Of a stretch of DNA of 64,000 nucleotides, positions 49,624 through 60,190 are shown in pieces. The stretch comes from Schizochytrium sp. TIO01 (lineage: Eukaryota > Protista > Bigyra: Labyrinthulomycetes). The DNA is taken from assembly GCA_004764695.1 (NCBI GenBank), contig SMSO01000025.1, positions 2,356,001 to 2,420,000 of the forward strand. The letters run 5' to 3'. The position numbers were made by a program, and so were the translations under genes. Under the pieces are notes generated by a model, which worked only from the letters and a program-made list of their open reading frames with translations, searched no databases and had not been told where the DNA came from. The stretch's first letter is position 1. The number at the start of each line of letters is the position of its first letter.

Positions 49624-49663
49624 GAACGGTTGTAGTAACGTTTGCCTGTTACTGCAACCGTTC
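49624..49663. other. 16-bp stem / 8-nt loop inverted repeat between convergent genes
   Basis: GAACGGTTGTAGTAAC ... GTTACTGCAACCGTTC (one G-T pair), with AATAAA about 12 nt downstream. Confidence 0.8.
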
Positions 49664-49796
49664 GCCTGAGGCTGAATAAATGTTTTTGACTTCTTATGAA
49701 TTGATTTCTCTGGCAAAGCTATACTTGGCTCTTACCACGAAGAAACCTCCACCTGAGATATGCATTTTTATTTATGATTAGCATTTTTATTTATGA

Positions 49797-50912
49797 TTAG
49801 GGAAGTGGTGGTGGTGTAGGCGGTGGAAATTTGCTTTCTGTTAAGGGAGGACCTGCTGCCGGAAGCAACCGCGGGTCACCAGTTCCATCATGGAATGGTA
49901 ATTTGCACGGGATACTTTGCTCGAAGCTTGAAGTCTCAAAATTACCAAATGATGTTTTAGATTCCTCCTGCTCGCTTTCGCCACCAAATCTGTGTCCCGG
50001 GCGGCTAGTCTTACCATTCTGTTGAATTGAAGCAAAAACAGCTGCCATTCCTCCAACTTTCGGACCAGCAGCTACTTCTATAGATTGTTTATTCATTGTA
50101 CTACTTTTGCTTGGACTGGCGGGCAGAGAGGATGTCCCCATTGCTTTTAGGAACAATGCCTCGTTTCCCAGAATCTTGGCCATCTCTATCGCTTCTGCTG
50201 GCGTTACTTCAATTCCAGCCTCTGCCAAAAGCTCCTCAAGAGGTTCATCAGATGCTGCTAAGCCCCGTTCGAGCTCCTTCCGAGCATACGCATAAGCATT
50301 GCTCCATGCGCCATGTCTTTGTTTTTCACATGTTCTGGCGAATGTTGCAAGATCAATTTTATCTACATTTACATTTGCAGGAGCGAATTGATTGAGAATA
50401 TAGCTAGCCTCGTCTTCGCTAAGGGCCGGTCTCGCGACACATAGATCTTGCGTTGTTACAAAGCCATCGCCGTCTGCATCAAGCATGAGAAAAGCTTGTG
50501 TGTAGCGTAATATATCGTCATCGTTGAAGCCATGGCTTCGTAAGTCTGACTTTGGAGTGGGAGGAGCAGAATCAGGCGGTTCAGGTGAAACCCCAATCCG
50601 TAGTTGAGAAACTCGGCGAACAGGATTAGCTATGTGAGGATAGTTTGTACCTACAAGATTGGTGTCTGACAAGGCACCTTTCCGTGACATCAATTGATCT
50701 CGTACTTGATTCTGCGGTGTTGATAACGAAAGATGAGAGCGACCAAGTGGAGTATCCTCAGAAGGCGGTAGGGGCGGGGGACCGGGCGGAGGAGGAGGAG
50801 GAGGAGGAGGTGGTGGTGGTGGTGGTGAATAACTAGGGACCGATGGCATCATTTTATGCGGTGTGGAATATTGGGCAACAGACTCGCGTATATGCCCATC
50901 CTGAATCAACAA
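49797..50912 (-). CDS. EF-hand, polyproline-rich protein (first ATG at 50852, or an upstream exon)
   Basis: Canonical EF loop FLMLDADGDGFVTTQDL, a second degenerate EF-hand, N-terminal poly-Pro, GGMAAVFASIQQ motif, C-terminal PPPTPPPLP. Confidence 0.8.
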   Translation of the reverse strand: MLIQDGHIRESVAQYSTPHKMMPSVPSYSPPPPPPPPPPPPPPGPPPLPPSEDTPLGRSHLSLSTPQNQVRDQLMSRKGALSDTNLVGTNYPHIANPVRRVSQLRIGVSPEPPDSAPPTPKSDLRSHGFNDDDILRYTQAFLMLDADGDGFVTTQDLCVARPALSEDEASYILNQFAPANVNVDKIDLATFARTCEKQRHGAWSNAYAYARKELERGLAASDEPLEELLAEAGIEVTPAEAIEMAKILGNEALFLKAMGTSSLPASPSKSSTMNKQSIEVAAGPKVGGMAAVFASIQQNGKTSRPGHRFGGESEQEESKTSFGNFETSSFEQSIPCKLPFHDGTGDPRLLPAAGPPLTESKFPPPTPPPLP

Positions 50913-51923
50913 GATATGAAGCGGGTAAAACTTTACAACACATTGAACATCAAGGAAGACAATGCGAATATATCATTGACTATCTCTTAGTTTTACATCA
51001 TACGGTATATCTAGGTACTCTAATAATCAGATATCCGTTCAATGGTGTGTACCCATCAGCATGACAACTTACAAATATATACTATAGTTTTCTTTTCTTT
51101 TCTTTCAACTTACACTACTTTAAGTTATTTTTACACTACTATCGACTTGGGAACAATGAATGCCTAGTACTCAATTTGTAGAAATAAAACTAAAATATTA
51201 GATTCAATTGAAGCAACCTTTTCATAAATGGCGCAGTGCCGAGAACCACGAGACTCATGCAACAAGTGGGTGTGCTTCGAAGTGCACTTTCTTGCGCCCA
51301 GTCTCGAGTATTTTATTGATGCATCCATTGCTTTGAACAATCTGTAACCTGACCAATGCGCATCTACCAGCTTGTAATCCTGAGCGATAAAGATGATATA
51401 TAGATCAATGCATAAATTGTAATTCCTCACAACAAAACTTTCATTTTTTTTTTAACTTAATCGATTTTATTCTCTAAGCCAAAAGTCCAAGTTGCTTTTA
51501 CCTCTTCGTATTCGATAATTTGCTCAAGGCGGATCTGGAAATTAAACAAACGATTCAGTATTAGGTTTGAATAAACTATGCAACAGAACCTTAAAAGAAA
51601 GGGGCGGGGGGGGGGGAGGAGAGGAAACATCGCCAAAGAAAAAATCGCTAATACCAAACAGTTGTTTAATTTTGTGACCAAGTATGACGATGAATTTGAG
51701 AGCGCGAAGATTCTGCAAATGAAATAATCTCAATGCAAGAAGGTGTGTTATTCTAATATATACTACATAACTATCTGCAGACCTATTGATGGTTTAAAAT
51801 GAAAAAGAGAATTATTGCATACAACTTCAGAAACATCGTCTTGATAGTACTTTCGCAGAAAAATATTTAGAAGTAGGCTCTATAGTTGTTACTCGTGCGA
51901 ATATGTATCTAGGAGAGATACTT

Positions 51924-54900
51924 TTACTGAACTATGCAAGCACTGGATACAATTTTTGGTTTTTGGTGTTGTTTTTGTGATGCTGCTGCTTCAGTAACGC
52001 TTGAATAGACAGTCGAGTTGTTACGGTCCACTGTAGCTCTCGCAAACTCAATTGCTTTCAACTTAAGACTAATTTCACCCAAATAGTAGAAGCTGCGAAT
52101 GATGAAATGTCCTGAGCGTCTATTTCTGATAGAAAGAAGGTATAAAGGTGTTTTCGAATGATCTTTCAATTCTCCTGGAATGGTATAGCGTTCTTTCACA
52201 AATTGAGGCGTTACCAAATGCATATCGCAATTTGTATATTGTTCTTTGACTTCAGGCATAAAATGATGGGGAATGCAATCAACAGGTTTAATAAAAAAAC
52301 TTGTTGGTGTCAAAGAGACTTTCAGGCATCGAAATTGAAAGTCAGAATATCGATCCTGAGCGCTATGAATGAATAGGTAGCCTTTGAACCCACTGGACAG
52401 CTCCTGGCAACTACATGTTTCGATATTGTCATTGTAATAGCAACATGTTTTAGTCGTGACGCATCTTGCTTGTAAAAGAGGTTCTAGAGCCAGAAAGGAA
52501 CGCAAAACTCCAACAAAAGAACTAAAGCTAAGCAATAGCATTTGAGATTTCCTTTGTGCTTTTGCAATTGAAAACTGTGCGTTTGCAGATACAAGCTCAG
52601 CTCGTGCTTGCTGGGACTGCTGCCATGATTTTACCATAGAAAAGCTCCGCTTGCCTATCTGGACCCCCGTATGAGGATCTTCTTTTAAGTATTCTGGAAG
52701 CGACTGGTTGAGAATTGTGGCTCCTTGAAGTCGTTTTTCTGTTCCCGCTTTCTCGTAATGGGAAGCTACGAATAAATAGAGCATAGATTCGGGTAAGTCT
52801 TTTAAAGACTCATCCTTGATATGTTGATTATACGCATTTCCGAGTTGCTCATGAACCTGCTTACGGAAGGCTGGCGTGAGGCTATCGTATATTGGTCGGA
52901 TGCGACTCTCAATTTGATTGACCATATAAAGGCGTGAACTCAAACTACGGACAAGCTGCATTCTACTACATAGAACGTGGAGTGCCTCCTTGAGGTGAAG
53001 ATGTACTCCCGTGCCACTGAAAATGGTCTCTATGATTAAAATATCGATACGTGCGCTAACTGTCGACATTACTGCAATGCTCTTAAGAACTGCTTGAATT
53101 GCTTCTGAATGCTCGAACCGAAGAGCTAGTTTTGATACATTAAGAACAGCACCACTCTCCATTCGTTGCCATCGTACAGGTCCATCTGGTGGAATAGGTA
53201 AATCACCTGCTCTAACGCATTTGATCTCCTCAAGAAACGCTAATTCTATAAAGACCTCCTTTTCATGCGGGCTTGGCTCAAAACTGTTCGAAGCCAAGGG
53301 TAAGAAGACTTGAATATTGTCCTCAAAACCCTGCATGAAAACAGAGCCTACAGCAAATATTTGTTTCAAATATCTAGGCAATCCCAGAAAGGTAGTCTGG
53401 TCAATTAAGGCTATCGCATGATTCCAGCTAATAAATCGAAATGGGGACGCAGCTCTACTTGCAAACTTCATAGATAGATCTGACGCTTTCCCAGTCAAAC
53501 AATAGTTGTGACGCGATGACTCGCCAAGCAACCCAGCCCTACAAAACCCTGACGCTACGCCCACAGCAATATTATGCTTACTAGAGTTCATGAAGTGCAG
53601 GACCTTTATAACAGTAGATATACTCATGATTTCAGGTTTAGTGCACCAATCTCCATGAATTATTTGCATAACCAACCCACGATTGTCAACATAGGCGCTC
53701 GCTATTTCTCCTACGTGGTCTTCCACAATTTCAAGTATCGCCATGAAAATGTCTTGCATCTGATAGAGAACTAAATGATTTGGTGTTGAGGATGTCTCGA
53801 TCGGAACAATAAAGGTAGCTATTGAGAAAAACGCTCCATCGATTTGAGGTAAGAACTGGCCAAGTGCAGAGTTGATAAATACACTTTTTGGTATAAACGA
53901 GGTTATAGCCAGAAGTTGTAACAATTCTTCTTCGAACAATTCCGAATGTTCCGAAACTATTGACCTCGTACTGTTTTCTTGAAAAATCTTCTTTGAAGAA
54001 TCTCTATCATAGAATGACACACTGTCCTCAGAGTTCATTCGATTGATTGCTGATTGAGATAAGGAATATCCTTCAACTTTGGCAAAGTTTAAAAACGAAG
54101 GCGTGTGTGCTTGCTGACTCGATTTAGGTGATTTGTAGTAAGGGTTGTCCTGTTGGCTAAGATTAACGTAATCTTTCGATGTTCGCAGCCGCTCATACAG
54201 ATCGTGGGTTTCTGGTTCTGTATTGTCTATTCGCAACCTCACAAAGGTTCCAGATAGAACAATTCGTTTAGATATTTCCTCAATGCTTTTGTGAACTAAA
54301 ATCTCAAAGTCTAGGGCTCGCTCGCTTAAACTTTCAGCTACGGTCTGTGTCTCACCCAAAAGAATAACTTCCTTCCGCGTTTTAGAACCTAGAATGAAGA
54401 GAGAAAAGTCCCCAAAAGCAACCCCAACTTTCAGGCTCATATGATCCTTTGCAAATACGTTTTCTTGCACTTCAAGCGAATCAAACATTTCCATCAATTC
54501 TAGGGCAAACAAAAGAGCTCGATTTTGGCACGTTTTACTTGGTGGTTCGTTTTCTTTCTTTGAACGACGATTGAAGAGTATGTCCATCGGGAAGAGTATT
54601 TGCACCTTGTCGCTCAAATATTTAATAATATCCCCTTGAAAATACAGAGCTTGCTTGGTCACTGCTTTATGGATTTGGGAAAGGACTTCTCCACTTGAGT
54701 TTTGTACAGCATCATGCTGCGGTTGAGTCACAATTAAGTTATCAAAAGGTTTCAATCTGCGATTGTTGAGCTGTCCATCATTGAAAGCAAACGTTGGAAT
54801 TTCTATTGAGGGGCTATTTCGTCGATCAAGCTGTTGAGTGAATTGAGTTAGCCCCGGGAAATAGATGCTTACAACAGCGCCTTGGCCTGAATATATTGCT

Positions 54901-55337
54901 GGTGGAGTAATACTTTTGTATCCTTTATTACGAACTAGCCAATAAACCATGCCGCTGCTTAGGCCAAACAAATCAGACGTTACGGTGGCGTTTTGGTTCA
55001 TTTCATATTCTAAGGTTAGCGCTCTCTCCCGAATTGCTTGAAGGCTTTTTTTAACACGATTTTCAATGTACCGTCGTAGACGCTTCAACAAAGTTTTTCG
55101 AAAGAAAGTTTGAATTAAGGTCGCTGCTTCTTCCCGGTATTTATCTTCCATCGAACACGTGACTGCAAGCGAGTCCTCATCTGAAAGGGCATTGTAAGAA
55201 ACAAAGTCTAACGGGATATTACTTACAGAGCTCTTTCGCTCTAGATATGTTAGTCGTGGAGTGGAAACTTTGCCAAGTAGAAGCTCGCTATCCAGTCGTG
55301 ATAGCTCGCGAGCACCTATTTGCCTCTCATGGGGCAT
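51924..55337 (-). CDS. IQ-motif protein with tandem class III nucleotidyl-cyclase-like domains (soluble adenylyl cyclase-like, catalytically degenerate)
   Basis: IQ motif AATLIQTFFRK; C1 GAVVSIYFPGLT, GDIIKYLSD, LKVGVAFG..RKEVILLG; C2 VDNRG, VGVASG..GLLG..RHNY..G; later IYDSL..FRKQVH..ASHYEKAG helical region. Confidence 0.8.
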   Translation of the reverse strand: MPHERQIGARELSRLDSELLLGKVSTPRLTYLERKSSVSNIPLDFVSYNALSDEDSLAVTCSMEDKYREEAATLIQTFFRKTLLKRLRRYIENRVKKSLQAIRERALTLEYEMNQNATVTSDLFGLSSGMVYWLVRNKGYKSITPPAIYSGQGAVVSIYFPGLTQFTQQLDRRNSPSIEIPTFAFNDGQLNNRRLKPFDNLIVTQPQHDAVQNSSGEVLSQIHKAVTKQALYFQGDIIKYLSDKVQILFPMDILFNRRSKKENEPPSKTCQNRALLFALELMEMFDSLEVQENVFAKDHMSLKVGVAFGDFSLFILGSKTRKEVILLGETQTVAESLSERALDFEILVHKSIEEISKRIVLSGTFVRLRIDNTEPETHDLYERLRTSKDYVNLSQQDNPYYKSPKSSQQAHTPSFLNFAKVEGYSLSQSAINRMNSEDSVSFYDRDSSKKIFQENSTRSIVSEHSELFEEELLQLLAITSFIPKSVFINSALGQFLPQIDGAFFSIATFIVPIETSSTPNHLVLYQMQDIFMAILEIVEDHVGEIASAYVDNRGLVMQIIHGDWCTKPEIMSISTVIKVLHFMNSSKHNIAVGVASGFCRAGLLGESSRHNYCLTGKASDLSMKFASRAASPFRFISWNHAIALIDQTTFLGLPRYLKQIFAVGSVFMQGFEDNIQVFLPLASNSFEPSPHEKEVFIELAFLEEIKCVRAGDLPIPPDGPVRWQRMESGAVLNVSKLALRFEHSEAIQAVLKSIAVMSTVSARIDILIIETIFSGTGVHLHLKEALHVLCSRMQLVRSLSSRLYMVNQIESRIRPIYDSLTPAFRKQVHEQLGNAYNQHIKDESLKDLPESMLYLFVASHYEKAGTEKRLQGATILNQSLPEYLKEDPHTGVQIGKRSFSMVKSWQQSQQARAELVSANAQFSIAKAQRKSQMLLLSFSSFVGVLRSFLALEPLLQARCVTTKTCCYYNDNIETCSCQELSSGFKGYLFIHSAQDRYSDFQFRCLKVSLTPTSFFIKPVDCIPHHFMPEVKEQYTNCDMHLVTPQFVKERYTIPGELKDHSKTPLYLLSIRNRRSGHFIIRSFYYLGEISLKLKAIEFARATVDRNNSTVYSSVTEAAASQKQHQKPKIVSSACIVQ

Positions 55338-56383
55338 TCTTCTCTTGCTCTACTGTTGCGTCAGCTCGCAAGTGTTGCGCACCAACTTTCTCATTCCTAA
55401 AGCTCGAGGATATGCTGCCAACTCATGCATAGATTTGGATTCTGTTATTAATTGCTGTAAGCATCTACTATTCGAAATCGTGACACTGGAACCTAAAGTT
55501 ACGATCTCTATTTGCTTTTAACACAACCTTGATGTTCATGAGGACGGGATGGAATATTGCTGTTCGAACACCATAATAAGTTCTTACACAACCTCTGGGA
55601 ACCATGTAAGGTTAAGACTTACACACCCAGAGTTCCCTTTTTAAGAACCAGGTTACATATTAAGAACCCACAATACGTGGAACTGTTCTGCGTTGTTTTG
55701 CTCAAGTAGTCACACCACAGTGCACAAATGTGTCCATTGCCATTTTTCCGTTTACTAAGGGCCTGTGGAATTTCTATTTTTAAAATAATTCCAGTTCATT
55801 TGAACTTCACAATTAATAACGTACGAGTCTGTGGAAGAGACGTCTGCGACAACACTTGTTCCCTCTTCTGGAAATCCAAGACATCTCTTTTGTCATTATT
55901 GATTGTTTGATTACTTGATTATGATGAACGAATGAGTCAAGCTTACTCTCTAGGCTATAATAGTCACATTTAGTAGAGTCGGTTTCTATCTTCGGGGGTG
56001 TCTCGTATCGGTCTCTCTGCAACCGTAATAGAAAGGCTATACCTCATTCTAAAAGAAGAAAGAAAGAAAGAAAGGAAGAAAATAAAAGGAGTCCGTAGAA
56101 TTAAAAAAATTAGTTTTTTGAATTAAACTTTTTTTTAAATTTAAAAAAAAAAATGCCCAGAATAATAGTTCGCATCCAAACAAAGTGCTTCTTCTAAAAG
56201 CTTGTTTTCGAGGTTAACGGATTAAACGAGTTTATGGGAAGAAGATATGTCTTAATAGTGCCACTGAATCACAGGAGGCTCATATTTTGACTGCCAAGAA
56301 AAAAAATGAAAAAATAGAATCCATGAGGGGAGACCGTGTAGTAAGTATCCTGTGATTTCACTGTTTATTTAGTTTCTATTACT

Positions 56384-57895
56384 TTAAAACATTTTGCCCG
56401 ACTTTAGCGAGCCACCTCCACCAAACCCACCAGGAAGCATATCTGTATAGTTAACCTCCGATACACGGGCATACCAGCTTGAGTTTGAGAGGAATTGCTT
56501 TGATAAAATAGTCAATGTAACAGATTGAATCACTAGAACTCCACCAGTCACAATGCGATGGCGTAGATAGTGAGCAAAGACAGATGCAATCATGACAAGT
56601 ACTGGAAATGTGAAGAACCAAACGGCTCCACCGACTGCTAAGATTCGCAAAAACCCCTGGAGTTGGAGTTGTCCCTGCACCTCAGGGGCCTTGATGGTAT
56701 TCATAATGCTAACAGTAAATGCAATTCCGAGCAGAAAACGCTGCATGAGGAGAAATTTTCCAGACCATCCATCATGGTCATGAAATTTAAGGAAGTCATC
56801 GTCTTTAACCTTGTTGATTATTTGTAAAATCGTTGAGATGAATACAATCACAATCAAGATGAACAGTGTCGGAGTTTCGTCATCTAATTTGGGATTGTTG
56901 AATAATTGCTTGAGAAGTCCATTTTTTGTACCTTGTTGGCGACGAGAAAAGTCAACTAGAGTCCAACCGTTGCCTAGGCACAACAACGTGAACGACATGA
57001 TGAGTTGAGAGAATCCTTCAAAAGACTCTGAAAACAAGTCGAACATAAAGACCCCTGAGCCGTTATAAGAGTAGGCTGCGAGGTGAAAAATTTCAAGAAC
57101 CATTGAAATGATCTGGAAGAGGTAGGCAAATGCAAACCCTTTGATGACTGCATGCGATCGACCTACCACAAGCCCATGTCCTGTTTTCTTTTCATAGTTC
57201 TTAGAAAGCCAGATATAATAACTAATCATACCTGCTGTCATAACCCAGTACAAGCTTGGGAGCCCGCGTTCGTCAGCGGGCAGATGGTCTCCGTCAGGGT
57301 TGAACAATTCAAAGGTGTACGTGAAAAGATTTCGAGCAAGACGGCGGCGCTTACGACGTTTGCTGTTTGGAATGGCTTCTGGGTCTTCATCGCCAACCTG
57401 TTCATCGCCATTTTCAAATCCACGGCAGTCTGCAATGACAAAGTACCATCCATAAGTACGAACCTCATGTTTGATGGTCCAGGTAAAATCCCAGGCATAC
57501 TTGTTGTGTTTCTCGTTGATAAGAACGGGTTCGTTCGCTTGAACGACACCGATTCCATGACCAGCCTTCCCTACACGTCCAATTGGGATGCGAGTGTGCG
57601 CATGTTTCACCTTCTCACAGTCGGGCTCGTTGTGGAATTTGTCATGCCAGTTCGTGTCCATGAACATATAGATTGATCCACGGGGCTCGTTAGCAAAGGT
57701 AACATTTCCGTGTACCTTGCTTGTGCCAGGCCGAAAACTAAATTTCGTCACCTCATGGATCTTATGAGTCCCGAAATAGCCTCGCCCTTCGACATGTTTT
57801 CCCTGGGCTGGGCAGATAAGTGCCACAAGGGCTAAAAGAACGAGAATTAGGGCTGCCTTTGGCGCATTCTTCACACTAGCAAAGCTCCCCGACAT
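56384..57895 (-). CDS. GPR180/TMEM145-like (intimal thickness-related receptor family) multi-pass membrane protein
   Basis: Signal peptide, lumenal domain with KFSF, WYFVIADC and NPDGDHLPADERGL, then about 7 TM helices with YNGSG and LCLGNGWTL motifs. Confidence 0.88.
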   Translation of the reverse strand: MSGSFASVKNAPKAALILVLLALVALICPAQGKHVEGRGYFGTHKIHEVTKFSFRPGTSKVHGNVTFANEPRGSIYMFMDTNWHDKFHNEPDCEKVKHAHTRIPIGRVGKAGHGIGVVQANEPVLINEKHNKYAWDFTWTIKHEVRTYGWYFVIADCRGFENGDEQVGDEDPEAIPNSKRRKRRRLARNLFTYTFELFNPDGDHLPADERGLPSLYWVMTAGMISYYIWLSKNYEKKTGHGLVVGRSHAVIKGFAFAYLFQIISMVLEIFHLAAYSYNGSGVFMFDLFSESFEGFSQLIMSFTLLCLGNGWTLVDFSRRQQGTKNGLLKQLFNNPKLDDETPTLFILIVIVFISTILQIINKVKDDDFLKFHDHDGWSGKFLLMQRFLLGIAFTVSIMNTIKAPEVQGQLQLQGFLRILAVGGAVWFFTFPVLVMIASVFAHYLRHRIVTGGVLVIQSVTLTILSKQFLSNSSWYARVSEVNYTDMLPGGFGGGGSLKSGKMF

Positions 57896-58918
57896 GTTTT
57901 ACAAGGTCTTGAGCTACTTTTGTTTTATAGCAACGCTATCCTGCTACGGCGCGCCTCAACCTCTTTGTTGCTGCCAGCGTTCTTGAAGATACTCTTGAAG
58001 ATGTTCTTGAAGATGAGCCTTGCTGACCGAGCTTTCCGGTTTGACGTGGCGAATGTCCGCCTCGCCTTCTGAGATCTAGCTCGCCTCCACACCCCTCTGC
58101 GCTCCTGCGCCTGCCCAGCGTGGCTTGACCCCCGAAGTCGGAGATATGGGTTTGCTTGCGGCCACCTTCTCCAAAAATGGAGACTTGATTCGACCAATTT
58201 GTTATATTTTTTCGCTGATGACAGACCATCTCAAAGAAGGAGAAGAAGCAGACAGAAATCATCTTCGATCAGCTCTCTATCTATATACAGATAGGTCCAT
58301 CCATGCCTACTCTATATAGTAGGTATCTACTATGGAATAAACGAACGCGAATGTCAAAGAACAGTTCACAAAATGAACAGCTTAGGTACGAATAGCTGTT
58401 ATTGGAGGTTAGTAGGCCTGTAATCATGATGCACAACTAGAAGAACACCGCCAGCAGGAGCAAGCTCGAGAGCAGGAGAAGCCAGATTGAACCGTGATCC
58501 TGGGCAAGAAAACGAAAGCTGCTGGGTTTGTAGGATTGTGATATCTTATCGGGTCTTGCTGCTAGTATGAAAGCTGGATCTAGAGATTTTTTGTGTTGTT
58601 GTTGGTGCATGCTTTTTGGCATTGATGATCGAACACGTGAATTGTAAACAGATGTAGATGATCATTGCATGGAGGATTTCCTGTCAAGGGCGTAAGTCTA
58701 ATTTTGATTAAATAAAAATGGATCGTTATCAAGGTTGCCCGGGGTATACTGGCAGCAGGCCATGATGGGGCAATTTACTGAGCCACATTTGGAAATAGAT
58801 CGCGTATCAGTCAACGAAAATTAATTTTCTATAATTTCGAATCGTAAAAGTGGAAATGTTGCACGCTCAAAGCCTCATAAGGAACAGGTGATCAAATTAG
58901 AACAGGGTATTTGACTCT

Positions 58919-60190
58919 TCAGTAGCGCTCGAGCAAAATCGGAACTTGTTCAGAAAACGAAGTGCCTTTCCATTTTTTATCATCTTCCATGCGTAGGGCT
59001 ATTATAGCCGTGACAAGGGCTTCGCCAAGACTTGATAGAAGCCATGCGTTTTCTTGCAGCGCGTGTGCTGCCTCGGTGATTGAACGAGGAAGGAACTCGT
59101 GTTCGTCTTGGGACGGGAGTATTTGGCATGGCGGGGGAAGTTCATGACCACGCAATATTCCATCAAGGCCGGCATACAAAATGCCTGCTATGGCGACATA
59201 TGGATTGGCAGATGCATCCATACACTTGATCTCTAGCCGTGCCGGAATGTTGCCCCATGATGAAATGAGCCTTAACGGTGCTTCACGATTTTGATGCCCC
59301 CAGATTCTGTATGCGCCAACCCAGCAACCTGGTTTTACTCTCTCAAATGAATTTGTTGTAGAATATGTTAAACCAAGTAGTGAAGGTAAATGGTGAAGTA
59401 TACCCCCCAAGAAGCACTCCCCTCGTGACGTAAGACCTGGATCATCAAACGAGAACGGCTTATTCGCCAGTGCATCGGTACCGTCCTTGTCCTGCATACT
59501 TATATGACAATGCAAACCGTTTCCAGCAACATCCTTGCTTAATTTGGGAATAAAGGTTGCGATGTAGCCGCTCTCAAGCGCAAAATGAACGATAATCTCC
59601 CTTGCATATGTGAGTTCGTCGACGGCGTAGAGGGCTTCGTGTGGTGCTAGCGCTATTTCAAATTGTCCAGGAGCACTTTCAGCGTGGAATTGCAAAACTG
59701 AAATCCCACACATTTTTAAACGATCTATGATTTCAAGTAAGATCGTCATGTTCGATCCAGTCAGAGCATTTGAAGTGGAGTATGCCTGAGTGTCGAGAGG
59801 TTCTTTGGTATCTTTCTTGAGCAGCATGAACTCAATCTCAAACCCAAGCTTGACGTAGGTTTGTGTTTCTTCCTGGAAACGAGCAACTGCCCGGTGTAGG
59901 GTTTGCCTTGAACAAACGAGAGCTGGCGTGCCATCTTCCTCAACAATATCAGCTACATAACTTCTTACCACCCTGCTCCCATACTGTAGGCCAACACCAC
60001 TTGTATCTTTCGGTTTTTGAACAATATATTCTCCAGTCACCGGAAGCTTTGTCTCTGGCACAATCACATCAGCAAACGTAGGAAGAGCAAAGCATGGCTT
60101 TGCAACCCTAGTCGTAGGATCGCCGGATGGTGTGCAAATGCAGCGAGCTCGCCGCGTTCCAGTCAGATCTGTCCAAATCAGTTTGTACAT
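58919..60190 (-). CDS. Glutamine synthetase type I-like protein (FluG/NodGS C-terminal domain-like; possible gamma-glutamyl ligase)
   Basis: WTDLTGTRRAR, GFEIEF, HAESAPGQFEI, TFIPK..GNGLHCHIS, NSFERVKPG.W, WGHQNREAPLR, LEIKCMDASANPY. Confidence 0.92.
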   Translation of the reverse strand: MYKLIWTDLTGTRRARCICTPSGDPTTRVAKPCFALPTFADVIVPETKLPVTGEYIVQKPKDTSGVGLQYGSRVVRSYVADIVEEDGTPALVCSRQTLHRAVARFQEETQTYVKLGFEIEFMLLKKDTKEPLDTQAYSTSNALTGSNMTILLEIIDRLKMCGISVLQFHAESAPGQFEIALAPHEALYAVDELTYAREIIVHFALESGYIATFIPKLSKDVAGNGLHCHISMQDKDGTDALANKPFSFDDPGLTSRGECFLGGILHHLPSLLGLTYSTTNSFERVKPGCWVGAYRIWGHQNREAPLRLISSWGNIPARLEIKCMDASANPYVAIAGILYAGLDGILRGHELPPPCQILPSQDEHEFLPRSITEAAHALQENAWLLSSLGEALVTAIIALRMEDDKKWKGTSFSEQVPILLERY

